Shown here piece by piece: positions 36,785 through 49,480 of a stretch of DNA of 64,000 nucleotides (position 1 is the first letter of the stretch; each line of letters opens with the position of its first letter). Below the pieces are notes generated by a model. It saw only the letters and a list, made by a program, of their open reading frames with translations, was not told the origin of the DNA and ran no database searches. Origin of the DNA: Ranitomeya imitator (Eukaryota); assembly GCF_032444005.1 (NCBI RefSeq), contig NC_091285.1, positions 666,128,001 through 666,192,000 on the forward strand, written 5' to 3'. A program made the position numbers and the translations under genes.

Positions 36785-39675
36785 GCGCCCCTCTGCAGAA
36801 CATTGCAGAACCCGCTGCGCAAAAAAAAAAAAAGTATCACACCCTTTTAGCGTTACATACCGATCTCCTCTGCAGAGCGTTTCACAAAGTGTCACACTAG
36901 TCCCTGATGCAGAGCATTGCACTAAGAAAATCACACCCCATTAGAGAGTCCCAAACTGGTCCCATCTGCAGAGCATTGCACTTATAAAAAATAAATAAAT
37001 CACAACTCCTAACAGTGTGGTATCTTGGTCCCATCTGCAGAGCATTGCGCATCCCATGATAGCGTCACAGTCTGGTCCCCTCTGCAGAGCATTACGCTAA
37101 GAGAATCACACCCCATTATAATGCCTCAGACTGGTTCCTCTTGCAGAGCATTGCACCAAGGAAAAAAAAAATTGCAACTCATTATAGTGTCAGCCACTGG
37201 TCCCCTCTGCAGAGCATTGCACACCCCAATAAAGTCTCTGCAGAGCATTGCACAAGAAAAAAACAAAACACGCCACTTTATAGTGTCTGCAGAGCATTGC
37301 ACGCCCCATTTTAGTATCTCACATACACACACTGATCCCCTTTGCAGAGCATGGCACTAAAAAAATAACTCACACTTCATTATATAGTCACACCTGTGTC
37401 CTATGCAGAGCATTGCACTAAAAACTTGCGTCCCATTAGCGTCAGACACGGTTCCCTCTGCAGAGCATCGCTCAGTGTCGCCCCGATCCCCTCTGCAGAG
37501 CATCGCTCAGTGTCGCCCCCGGTCCCCTCTGCAGAGCATCGCTCAGTGTCGCCCCCGGTCCCCTCTGCAGAGCATCGCTCAGTGTCGCCCCCGGTTCCCT
37601 CTGCAGAGCATCGCTCAGTGTCGCCCCCGGTTCCCTCTGCAGAGCATCGCTCAGTGACGCCCCCGGGCCCCTCTGCAGAGCATCGCTCAGTGTCGCCCCT
37701 GGTCCCCTCTGCAGAGCATCGCTCAGTGTCGCCCCTGGTCCCCTCTGCAGAGCATTGCTCAGTGTCGCCCCTGGTCCCCTCTGCAGAGCATTGCTCAGTG
37801 TCACCCCTGGCCCCCTCTGCAGAGCATCGCTCAGTGTTGCCCCCTGTCCCCTCTGCAGAGCATCGCTCAGTGTCGCCCCTGGTCCCCTCTGCAGAGCATT
37901 GCTCAGTGTCGCCCCTGGCCCCCTCTGCAGAGCATTGCTCAGTGTCGCCCCTGGCCCCCTCTGCAGAGCATTGCTCAGTGTCGCCCCTGGTCCCCTCTGC
38001 AGAGCATCGCTCAGTGTCGCCCACCGGTCTCCTCTGCAGAGCATCGCTCAGTGTCACCCCGGTCCACTCTGCAGAGCATCGCTCAGTGTCGCCCCCGGTC
38101 CCCCCTGCAGAGCATCGCTCAGTGTCGCCCCCGATCCCCTCTGCAGAGCATCGCTTAGTGTCACACCGGTCCCCTCTGCAGAGCATCGCTCAGTGTGGCC
38201 CCCGGTCCCCTCTGCAGAGCATCGCTTAGTGTCACCCCGGTCCCCTCTGCAGAGCATCGCTCAGTGTGGCCCCCGGTCCCCTCTGCAGAGCATCGCTCAG
38301 TGTGGCCCCCGGTCCCCTCTGCAGAGCATCGCTCAGTGTGGCCCCCGGTCCCCTCTGCAGAGCATCGCTTAGTGTCACCCCCGGTCCCCTCTGCAGAGCA
38401 TCGCTCAGTGTGGCCCCCGGTCCCCTCTGCAGAGCATCGCTCAGTGTCGCCCCCGATCCCCTCTGCAGAGCATCGCTCAGTGTCGCCCCCGATCCCCTCT
38501 GCAGAGCATCGCTTAGTGTCACCCCGGTCCCCTCTGCAGAGCATCGCTCAGTGTGGCCCCCAGTCCCCTCTGCAGAGCATCGCTCAGTGTGGCCCCCGGT
38601 CCCCTTTGCAGAGCATCGCTTAGTGTCACCCCGGTCCCCTCTGCAGAGCATCGCTCAGTGTCGCCCCGATCCCCTCTGCAGAGCATCGTTCAGTGTCGCC
38701 CCGATCCCCTCTGCAGAGCATCGCTCAGTGTCGCCCCCCCGGTCTCCTCTGCAGAGCATCGCTCAGTGTCGCCCCCTGGTCCCCTCTGCAGAGCATCGCT
38801 CAGTGTCCCCCCGATCCCCTCTGCAGAGCATCGCTCAGTGTCACCCCGATCCCCTCTGCAGAGCATCGCTCAGTGTCGCCCCCGGTCCCCTCTGCAGAGC
38901 ATCGCTCAGTGTCGCCCCCGGTCCCCTCTGCAGAGCATCGCTCAGTGTCGCCCCCCTGGTCCCCTCTGCAGAGCATCGCTCAGTGTCGCCCCCCTGGTCC
39001 CCTCTGCAGAGCATCGCTCAGTGTCGCCCCCGGTCCCCTCTGCAGAGCATCGCTCAGTGTCACCCCGGTTCCCTCTGCAGAGCATCGCTCAGTGTCGCCC
39101 CCCTGGTCCCCTCTGCAGAGCATCGCTCAGTGTCGCCCCCGGTCCCCTCTGCAGAGCATCGCTCAGTGTCGCCCCCCTGGTCCCCTCTGCAGAGCATCGC
39201 TCAGTGTCGCCCCCGGTCCCCTCTGCAGAGCATCGCTCAGTGTCACCCCGGTTCCCTCTGCAGAGCATCGCTCAGTGTCGCCCCCCTGGTCCCCTCTGCA
39301 GAGCATCGCTCAGTGTCGCCCCCGGTCCCCTCTGCAGAGCATCGCTCAGTGTCGCCCCCGGTCCCCTCTGCAGAGCATCGCTCAGTGTCGCCCTCCTGGT
39401 CCCCTCTGCAGAGCATCGCTCAGTGTCGCCCCGATCCCCTCTGCAGAGCATCGCTCAGTGTCGCCCCCGGTCCCCTCTGCAGAGCATCGCTCAGTGTCAC
39501 CCCGGTTCCCTCTGCAGAGCATCGCTCAGTGTCGCCCCCCTGGTCCCCTCTGCAGAGCATTGCTCAGTGTCGCCCCCGGTCCCCTCTGCAGAGCATCGCT
39601 CAGTGTCGCCCACCGGTCTCCTCTGCAGAGCATCGCTCAGTGTCGCCCCCCTGGTCCCCTCTGCAGAGCATTGCG
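36785..39675. repeat. 35-37-bp GC-rich minisatellite (37450-39675) with a degenerate leader (36785-37450)
   Basis: Unit cccctctgcagagcatcgctcagtgtcgcccccggt. The leader keeps only the tctgcagagcattgcac core, separated by longer divergent segments. Confidence 0.95.
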
Positions 39676-41237
39676 CATCCTCCAGCACATCTGGTCCTAG
39701 TTAGCGATCCTCCAAAATCTCCATCCCAATCCTAGGGGTGTGGGGTTTGCAGAAATAGCCACACTGGCATCTATCCTCCCACCGCTGGGGGTTATAGCGT
39801 CAGACCCCAATACTTAGTTCACCCTCCAAAAAGTGACCCCATTTTTCTTAGGACTCACCCCAAATTCTCAGCCCTGTGTTCCAGCGCTCTCGCCCTGTGA
39901 CTTCTCTCTTCTCTCTACTGGTAAAACCCCTCAGCTTCCAAACTCCAGCCCCTCAGTGAGACCCCCTCCTCTCTCTCCCCACCCCCCCTGTACATCTCTT
40001 AAAGAGACAGGACGACCTAGAGGAGGCAAAAGTAATAAAATAAGACCTTTATAATGTGGCTGGGGCCATGTGTGATTATTACGGGACATCATACATGCAG
40101 GCGGCGGAGATCCGGATTTCCTGCCCTGTGTGAATGGGGGGCATTGATGGCCGCAGCATCTAGAGACGACATAAAAAAAAACCAAAAAACACGTTATAAT
40201 ATATCAACGTCATTCTGGAAAATCGAAAATGAATTAATTTTTTACAATTTTTTTTTTATTCATTTACTTAGATTTTTATTACAGTTATTGAAAAATGAGC
40301 CCGGTTCTATTATTACTGTGACAGATTAGAAGAACACGGCTGCTTTCTTCCAGGAACAGCGCCTCTAGCGTCCTCAGGCCGCGTCGGGTACTGCAACTCC
40401 GGACATCAATAGCGCCGCTGATTCTGGAGAACAAGAAAGCTGCCATTCATTCATTTCTATTGCCCTTCAACATTTCATTTTTTTTTAAAATCTGATTCCT
40501 CATACTCCAAGATTAAATTCACTATTTATTCGGCTTTGGGTTTTTTTTGCAGCAATTTTCTGAAGAAAAAAAAACAGCAAAAACTACTTAATTTTATAGC
40601 ATAAAAAAACTTTAAAAAGGGACTTGGAAGCATCATGTGAACCCTGCCCACTTGAGACTCGACAAATAAAAAAAGAACTTGACGTGTTGCGGAATCCAAA
40701 ATGCAGCAAAAATCAGATTCCAAAGAGAAAAATAAAACGCAAAAAAAAACTGAGCGCAACATGTTCATAAATGTCAACCTTAGCCTAAAATAAGGTAATC
40801 TTCACCATTTAACCCATGAAATGCCACAAACCAGCGGAGCACACGTAAAACCGATTGGCTCATAAAATATTGATGTGTAGTCCCGCCCCCGAGGAACAAT
40901 CAAAACTGGAAAGCCGCTCCCAATTCTGGGTGGGTTGGTTTTATAGCCCGGCCCTTTTAAGATTGGGATAATCTCATATTTGCCATGATTGTTTTATGAA
41001 AATTAAGGACTGTTGGAAACTGATGTACGATCATGACATTTTTTTTTTGGGGGGGGGAGGGGAGGGAGAGATCCTGGCAGCTTAGGGTCCATAAAAAGAC
41101 CCCTGAGTTGTCTGATCATATTCCTTGAAGTTAGGGCACATTTAAAGGGGTTGTCCACAACTTTAAAAACGATTATTTTATGGGCCTGGAGTGGTACAAA
41201 AAAGTAAGTAAAAAAAAAAAAAAAAAAAATGTATATA

Positions 41238-43560
41238 CAGTACAGACCAAAATTTGGACACACCTTCTCATTTAAAGATTTTTCTGTATTTTCATGACTA
41301 TGAAAATTGTACATTCACACTGAAGGCATCAAAACTATGAATTAACACATGTGGAATTATATACTTAACAAAAAAAAGTGTGAAACAACTGAAATTATGT
41401 CTTATATTCTAGGTTCTTCAAAGTAGCCACCTTTTGCTTTGATGACTGCTTTGCACACTCTTGGCATTCTCTTGATGAACTTCAAGAGGTAGTCACCGGG
41501 AATGGTCTTCCAACAATCTTGAAGGAGTTCCCAGAGATGCTTAGCACTTGTTGGCCCTTTTCCCTTCACTCTGTGTCCAGCTCACCCCAAACCATCTCGA
41601 TTGGGTTCAGGTCTGGTGACTGTGGAGGCCAGGTCATCTGGCGTAGCACCCCATCACTCTCCTTCTTGGTCAAATAGCCCTTACACAGCCTGGAGGTGTG
41701 TTTGGGGTCATTGTCCTGTTGAAAAATAACTGATGGTCCAACTAAACGCAAACCCGATGGAATAGCATGTCGCTGCAAGATGCTGTGGTAGCCATGCTGG
41801 TTCAGTATGCCTTCAATTTTGAATAAATCCCCAACAGTGTCACCAGCAAAGCACCCTACACCATCACACCTCCTCCATGCTTCACGGTGGGAACCAGGCA
41901 TGTAGAGTCCCTCCGTTCACCTTTTCTGCGTCGGACAAAGACACTGTGGATGGAACCAAAGATCTCAAATTTGGACTCATCAGACCAAAGCCCAGATTTC
42001 CACTGGTCTAATGTCCATTCCTTGTGTTCTTTAGCCCAAACAAGTCTCTTCTGCTTGTTGCCTGTCCTTAGCAGTGGTTTCCTAGCAGCTATTTTACTAT
42101 GAAGGCCTGCTGCACAAAGTCTCCTCTTAACAGTTGTTGTAGAGATGTGTCTGCTGCTAGAACTCTGTGTGGCATTGACCTGGTCTCTAATCTGAGCTGC
42201 TGTTAACCTGCGATTTCTGAGGCTGGTGACTCGGACAAACTTATCCTCAGAAGCAGAGGTAACTCTTGGTCTTCCTTTCCTGGGGTGGTCCTCATGTGAG
42301 CAAGTTTCTTTGTAGTGCTTGATGGTTTTTGCCACTGCACTTGGGGGCACTTTCAAAGTTTTCCCAATTTTTCGGACTTACTGACCTTCATTTCTTAAAG
42401 TAATGATGGCCACTCGTTTTTCTTTTCTTAGCTGCTTTTTTCTTGCCATAATACAAATTCTAACAGTCTATTCAGTAGGACTATCAGCTGTGTATCCACC
42501 AGACTTCTGCTCAACACAACTGATGGTCCCAACCCCATTTATAAGGCATGAAATCCCACTTATTAAACCTGACAGGGCACACCTGTGAAGGGAAAACCAT
42601 TCCCGGTGACTACCTCTTGAAGCTCATCAAGAGAATGCCAAGAGTGTGCAAAGCAGTCATCAAAGCAAAAGGTGGCTACTTTGAAGAACCTAGAATATAA
42701 GACATATTTTCAGTTGTTTCACACTTTTTTGTTAAGTATATAATTCCACATGTGTTAATTCATAGTTTTGATGCCTTCAGTGTGAATGTACAATTTTCAT
42801 AGTCATGAAAATACAGAAAAATCTTTAAAGGGAACCTGTCACCCCGTATTTTAAAGATGAGATAAAAATGGCATTAACTAGGGCCAGAGCTGTGCTTTAC
42901 ATTACTGTCTTCTTTGTGCTTTTATTCCGCACCTATCCTGCCGAAATACCTTTTGAAAGTCGCCGTTTGGTGCTGTCACTCAGTCAGGTCTGGTCAGATG
43001 GGCATTGAGAAGTTGCGGTTCCTCCCCCACCTCTTGCGTTTCCCTGCGAATTTTATTCCCGCCGTCAGCGTTGTGCTTAGCGCCTGCGCAGTAACGTTAC
43101 CGGCATCCAGCTATACAGTAAATGCGCATATGACCACTTCCGGGGCACACAGGTAAAAGTGCCGACCAGCGCCTGCGCAGTGATGTAACGTATGCTATGC
43201 CCACAGTTGGGCACAGCATAATGAGCAGGCGCAAGAGGCTAATTTACTGCGCAACTGCGAAGAAAGTGCGCGATCTGTGCGATTCACAGAGCGCATTTAA
43301 GTCATACACGCCGAGGAGCAGGGGGGAGGAACCGCAACTTCTCAACGCCCATCTGACCAGACCTGACTGAGTGACAGCACCAAACGGCGACTTTCAAAAG
43401 GTATTTCGGCAGGATAGGTGCAGAATAAAAGCACAAAGAAGACAGTAATGAAAAGCACAGCTCTGGCCCTAGTTAATGCCATTTTTATCTCATCTTTAAA
43501 ATACGGTGTGACAGGTTCCCTTTAAATGAGAAGGTGTGTCCAAACTTTTGGTCTGTACTG
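41238..43560 (-). mobile_element. Tc1-superfamily transposon with DD38E spacing (Intruder/IT-like), frameshifted
   Basis: About 270-bp TIRs starting cagtacagacc, with a TA duplication. The transposase is in 41856-42356 and 41566-41901, with WSDE, QQDNDPKH and SPDLNPIE. I counted 38 residues between the second D and the E. Confidence 0.92.
42829..43521. mobile_element. Kolobok/T2-type MITE (693 bp) inserted in the transposon's right TIR
   Basis: Ends are TTAA|agggaacctgtca and tgacaggttccct|TTAA, with about 200-bp near-perfect TIRs. Removing it restores gaaaaatctttaaatgagaa, the mirror of the left TIR. Confidence 0.92.
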
Positions 43561-46009
43561 TATATATATATATTTTTTTAATTAATAAATAATAATCATA
43601 ATATAATAATAATAATGATAATAAACTTTACTTACTTACCAGACCCCACCGATCCTCAGTTGGTTTCCATTTTTTTTTCTGGCTCTGACAAAGCTTGACT
43701 GCTGCAGCCAATCATCTGTAAATGATTGTCTGCAGTGGTCACCTTATTTTTCAAGAAACGGAAGCCAGGAAAATCAGTGTAAGACACAGAGGTCCGGTAT
43801 GCGAGTATAGAGTTTGTTAAGCACCACTCTGGACCCCATAATAATCCTTTTTATACTAGTAAGCACCCCCTTTAACAACTCCCTGTAGTACCAGTTTATA
43901 GATACATGTCAGATTGCCAGAAAATTTAATTATAGAAAAAAAATAAAGAAAAAAAAAATCGATATGGGTTAAAAAAAATAATAAAATAAAATAAATGAAA
44001 GAAGTAAAAAATTTAAGTAAAATAAAACACCACAAATTATTTTTTTTTTTTATAGTAAACTTTATTAAATAGTAGTCTGAAAGCATAAAATAATATCAAC
44101 ATATTTGATATTGTCTCATCAGTAACAAGACGTAGGGTCATATATGATGATTGCTGGAGGATGTAAGAAAAATACATTTTAAATTATTGCATTTTCACTT
44201 AAATAAAAAAAAGGAAATACTAATATACCTAAAGAAAGTGCAACCCTTCCTGCAAAAATCAAAGCTTCGTACAGCTACCTCAAGCACATAGGACCCCATA
44301 AAATTATACTGTGACCCTCTGTATCTCTGGAGGACCAGACAGGTCCATACATCACATACACAAGAAATAGAAGAGGTGTAATGCCTCATTTTGCCTGCGG
44401 GGGAGCTGCAGAGATTTTAAACACTGCACGAAATTAGTGCATGCTGGCCCATGGCTCTTCTTCCTCATCAAGAGTATCATTCTCAGTAGTGGCATGCTGA
44501 GACTTATAGTTTCACAGTAGCTGGAGAGCTAGAAAGTGACACAACCCTGTTAAAATGTTCTTGCAGGAGTTGGAAAATCTTGTTTTTGCCAACTCGTTTT
44601 ATGTGCCCTATTACAGAGTTTGCCAAAAACAGGGAGGACTGGCAACTTTTTGAAGAAAATATCCAGCCCAAATGGCGCTGCCCAGGATGAGGCGGCCGGT
44701 TGGCATAAAATCTTATTATATAACCTATATGTCATCTGCTCTTGTGAAAGGGAATGGAAGAAGGTTCCAGAATAATAGCAAAATCAGCAGCACAGAGTAT
44801 TGGGGAATAATGATCGGTCCACTCCGATTCTTATGAGCTGTCCGATTCGACATTAGTGTGTCCTGACATACTCTGTGCTGCCGATCGTGCGACCATTCTG
44901 GAATCAAGCGGAGTCCTGGGTTCTGTTACCGTGGCAATGGGATTCTACAAGGCCTCGTTCAGACCTAGGCTGGAATAAGGCGGATGTAAGAGGCTAGATG
45001 AGGTTGTACTGCGGACAGGGCGCTGGGGAGAGCTCCTGCTGCCCTACAGAAAATTCCCATGTATAGACGGAAAGTGCAGGGTGTGAACTGTGACCTACAG
45101 CGGCGGTCCAGAGTCATAGGATAATGGTTCAAATCTCGGCAAAACTAACAAGAAGTTTGACCGCAAAGACCCCTTTCCCCAAATTTTGCCCCAACGGTCT
45201 GGAACGATGCCGCCTGTGCACCCTGCAGTCACATCACACAATGGACCCTTCTGAGGATCTTCATTAACCTCCCCGGATTCTCTTCAGACTGTGGATGGAA
45301 ACTGGAGCGGCCACCAACAGAGCCCGGTGAGGCTCGTTACCACTACAACCACCATCAGGAGAAAACAGTCAAGTATGACATCTCGGGGTTTAAGAATTCT
45401 GCCAAGAAGTTTTCCTCTGATCTCCCTATCCCAAAACCTCAGATCGGTGATTCATCCTCATGTTCCCAGGATTTACCCAGAAGAGTCCACCTCCCCTTCT
45501 ACAGACTGGTAATTATCGCGGCAAAAACAGCAAATGGCTCCAGGATGATGGGCAGAGTAATGACTACTCCAGTCAGAGGCAGCGCCCGCTGATGTCACTG
45601 CCCGCCGCACTGGGAAGTCGCAGAAGGAACTATGAACACAATGGGAATTACTCCAGTCGTAGAATCCATTAATAGACATTTCTATTTTTACCCCAAAATC
45701 ATGCGAAGAACCAGGGCAAGATCAGGGACGAAAGAGGGGGCAAGGAGCCTGTGATGGCAGTAGGACCCCGGCCGTGACCTCTAGGCTTCTTACTCCCCCT
45801 AAGGAGTGGCCCTTACATAAAGTCTTGGCAGCAGAGTTTGGAAGGGCACCGCTAAGGGAAAAGTCATGTACCACCAAGCCTGGGCCGGACTGGGACCAAA
45901 CGGCAGCCCTGATATCTGAAAGCAGACCGACCCCATGTAAGGCAACAATTGTGAAATACAGTCGTAGCATCTCTCTCTGCATCCACAGAGGAAAAGATCC
46001 TACCTATTA

Positions 46010-46640
46010 ATAGATCCCCCTCTGTGCCTCCATATAGTAAAAGTGCCCCCCCCAGTGATACTACATATTAATAGTCCCCCTTCTGTGCATCCATGTAGTG
46101 ATATTGCTGCCTCCATAAAGTAAAAGTGCCCCCCAGTGATACTGTGCCTCCATATAGTAAAAGTGCCCCTCCCAGTGATACTACATATTAATAGTCCCCC
46201 TCTGTGCCTCCATATAGTAAAGGTGTCCCCTCTGTGATACTACATATTAATGGTTTTCCCATCTATGCCTCCATATAGTAATAGTGGCCACCCTCTGTGC
46301 CTTCATATAGTAATAGTACCCCCTCTAGGTGCCTCCATTTAGTAATAGTGCCCACCCTCTATGCCTTCATATAGTAATAGTACCCCGACTAGGTGCCTCC
46401 ATATAGTAATAGTGTCCACCCTCTGGACCTCCATATAGTAATAGCACCCCTCTCTGTGCCTCCATATAGTAATAGTGCCCACCCTCGGTGCCCTCATATA
46501 GTAATACTACCCCAGCTAGGTGCCTCCTTATAGTAATAGTGTCCCGCTCTGTGCCTCCATGTAGTAAAAGTGCCCACCCTCTGTGACTTCATACAGGAAT
46601 AGTACCCCCTCTCGGTCCCTTCATATAGTAATAGAGCTCC
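46010..46640. repeat. Degenerate tandem repeat of about 30 bp
   Basis: Recurrent ctgtgcctccatatagtaatagtgccccc with variants. Confidence 0.85.
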
Positions 46641-46814
46641 CTCCTAATGCCCTGGCTATAAAATTAATAAATATATTTTTATATTGAAACTCCTCTCATT
46701 CCACTCCAAACGATGAATGGTGGTGTCCTCTTCCTCGTTCCTGCAGCTCGGCATGAAGTGACGCCTTAACTCCACCAGAGGTCCCCAGACTAACCGTCGA
46801 TCTCTGGCCTGAAG

Positions 46815-49480
46815 CAGCCGGTGGCCAGATTGAGTGGTGGAGGACGGAGACGGCGGCCAGACTGAGTGGTGGAGGACGGAGCCGGCGGCCAGACTGAGTG
46901 GTGGAAGAGGGAGTCTGTGGCCAGACTGAGTGGTGGAAGAGGGAGTCTGTGGCCAGAATGAGTGGTGGAGGAGGGAGACTGCGGCCAGACTGAGTGGTGG
47001 AGGGAGCCGGCGGCCAGACTGAGTGGTGGAGGAGGGAGCCGGTAGCTAGACTGAGTGGTGGAGGAGGGAGCCAGCGGCCAGACTGAGTGGTGGAGGACAG
47101 ACTGCGGCCAAACTGAGTGGTGGAGGAGGGAGCCGACCGCCAGACTGAGTGGTAGAGGACAGACTGTGGCCAGACTGAGTGGTGGAGGAGGGAGACTGCG
47201 ACCAGACTGAGTGGTGGAGGAGGGAGGCGGCTGCCAGACTGAGTGGTGGAGGATGGAGACGGGGCCAGACTGAGTGGTGGAGGAGGGAGCCGGCGGCCAG
47301 ACTGAGTGGTGGAGGAGAGAGCCGATCGCCAGGCTGAGTGGTGGAGGAGGGAGACTGCGGCCAAACAGTGGTGGAGGAGGGAGCCGGAGGCCAGACTGAG
47401 TGGTGGAGGAGGGAGACTGCGGCCAGACAGTGGTGGAGGGTGCCAGCCGCCAGACTGAGTGGTGGAGGATGGAGATGGGGCCAGACTGAACGGTAGAGGG
47501 AGCTGGAAGCCAGAGTGGTGGAGGACATAGACTGCGGCCAGACTGAGTGGTGGAGGAGAGAGCCGGCAGCCAGACTGAGTGGTGGAGGAGGGAGCCGGCC
47601 GCCAGACTGAGTGGTGGAGGAGGGAGCCGGCGGCAAGACTGAGTCGTGGAGGGGGGAGCTGGCAGCCAGACTGAGTGGTGGAGGACATAGACTGCGGCCA
47701 AACTTAGTGGTGGAGGAGGGAGCCAGACAGTGGTGGAGGGTGCTAGCCGCCAGACTGAGTGGTGGAGGATGGAGACGGGGCCAGACTCAGCGGTAGAGGG
47801 AGCCAGAAGCCAGAAAGAGTGGTGGAGGACATAGACTGCGGCCAGACTGAGTGCTGGAGGAGGGAGCCGGCGGCCAGACTGAGTGGTGGAGGAGAGAGCC
47901 GGTGGCCAGCCTGAGTGGTGGAGGAGAGAGCCGGTGGCCAGCCTGAGTGGTGGAGGAGAGAGCCGGTGGCCAGCCTAAGTGCTGGAGGAGAGAGCCGGTC
48001 GCCAGACTGAGTGGCGGAGGAGAGAGCCGGCGGCAAGACTGAGTGGCGGAGGGGGGAGCCGGCGGCAAGACTGAGTGGTGGAGGGGGGAGCTGGCGGCCA
48101 GACTGAGTGGTGGAGGACAGCCGGTGGCCAGACTGAGTGCTGGAGGAGGGAGCCGGCGGCCAGACTGAGTGGTGGTGGAGGGAGCCGGCGGCCAGACTGA
48201 GTGGTGGAGGAGGGAGCCGGTGGCCAGACTGAGTGGTGGAGGAGAGAGCCGGTCGCCAGACTGAGTGGTGGAGGAGGGAGCCAGCGGCAAGACTGAGTGG
48301 TGGAGGGCATAGACTTATGACCTGGTGGTCAAGACAATAATGGACCTGGTGGTTAAGAGCACACGGAATGACCTGATAGTTACTGATAATAAGGACGAGC
48401 TCTGGGACGTGGGAACTCTGCTGACCGCAATTCCTAATCCTATCACACACACTAGAAATAGCCGTGGATTGCTCCTAACGCTCTCTATGCAACTCGGCAC
48501 AGCCTAAGGAACTAGCTAGCCCTGAAGATAGAAAAATAAAGCCTACCTTGCCTCAGAGAAATTCCCCAAAGGAAAAGGCAGCCCCCCACATATAATGACT
48601 GTGAGTAAGATGAAAATACAAACACAGAGATGAAATAGATTTAGCAAAGTTCGGCCCGACTTACTGAACAGACTGAGGATAGGAAAGGTTGCTTTGCGGT
48701 CAGCACAAAAACCTACAAAAAGACCACGCAGAGGGCGCAAAAAGACCCTCCGCACCGACTCACGGTGCGGAGGCGCTCCCTCTGCGTCCCAGAGCTTCCA
48801 GCAAGCAAGACAACAATAAAAATAGCAAGCTGGACAGAAAAATAGCAAACCAAAGAAAAACAAGCAGGAACTTAACTTCTGCTGGGAAGACAGGTCACAA
48901 GAACGATCCAGGAGTGAACTAGACCAATACTGGAACATTGACAGGTGGCATGGAGCAAAGATCCAAGTGGAGCTAAATAGAGCAGCCAGCTAACGAATTA
49001 ACCTCGTCACCTGTGGAAGGAAACTCAGAAACACCCACCAGAGGAAGTCCATAGACAGAACCAGCCGAAGTACCATTCATGACCACAGGAGGGAGCCCGA
49101 CAACAGAATTCACAACAATAGACTGCGGGCAAACTTAGTGGTGGAGGAGGGAGCTGACCGCCAGACTGAGTGGTGGAGGAGGGAACTGGCGGCCAGACTG
49201 AGTGGTGGAGGGCATAGACTGCGGGAAAACTTAGTGGTGGAGGAGGGAGCTGACCGCCAGACTGAGTGGTGCAGGAGGGAGTCAGTGGCCAGACAGTGGT
49301 GGAGGAGGGAGCCGGCGGCCAGACTGTGTGGTGGAAGACATAGACTGCGGCCAGACTGAGTGGTGAAGGAGGGAACCGACAGCCACACTGAGTGGTGGAG
49401 GAGGGAGCCGGCCACCAGACTGAGTGGTGGAGGAGGTAGCCGGCGGCCAGACAGTGGTGGAGGAGGGAGCTGGCAGCTCA
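46815..49480. repeat. 32-bp G-rich minisatellite interrupted by a solo LTR
   Basis: Unit ggccagactgagtggtggaggagggagccggc on both sides of 48313-49117. Confidence 0.95.
48313..49117 (-). mobile_element. Solo LTR (805 bp), same family as 1-557
   Basis: Ends ...agaattcacaaca. It is flanked by duplicated atag (48309-48312 and 49118-49121), has no internal region, and the host satellite resumes on both sides. Confidence 0.85.

Larger units (their letters stand above)
41146..43871. mobile_element. Old Kolobok/T2-type MITE, interrupted by the Tc1-superfamily element
   Basis: Ends are TTAA|aggggttgtcc (41142-41156) and cacccccT|TTAA (43872-43875). Subterminal inverted matches pair taaaaacgattat..gggcctggagtggtac with gcaccactctggaccc..ataatcctttt. 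Confidence 0.6.

Noticed and set aside
36785-39735. CRISPR array, or a mucin-like protein ORF
   Set aside because: The context is eukaryotic with no cas genes, the spacers are related to each other and of irregular length, and the ORFs are repeat translations.
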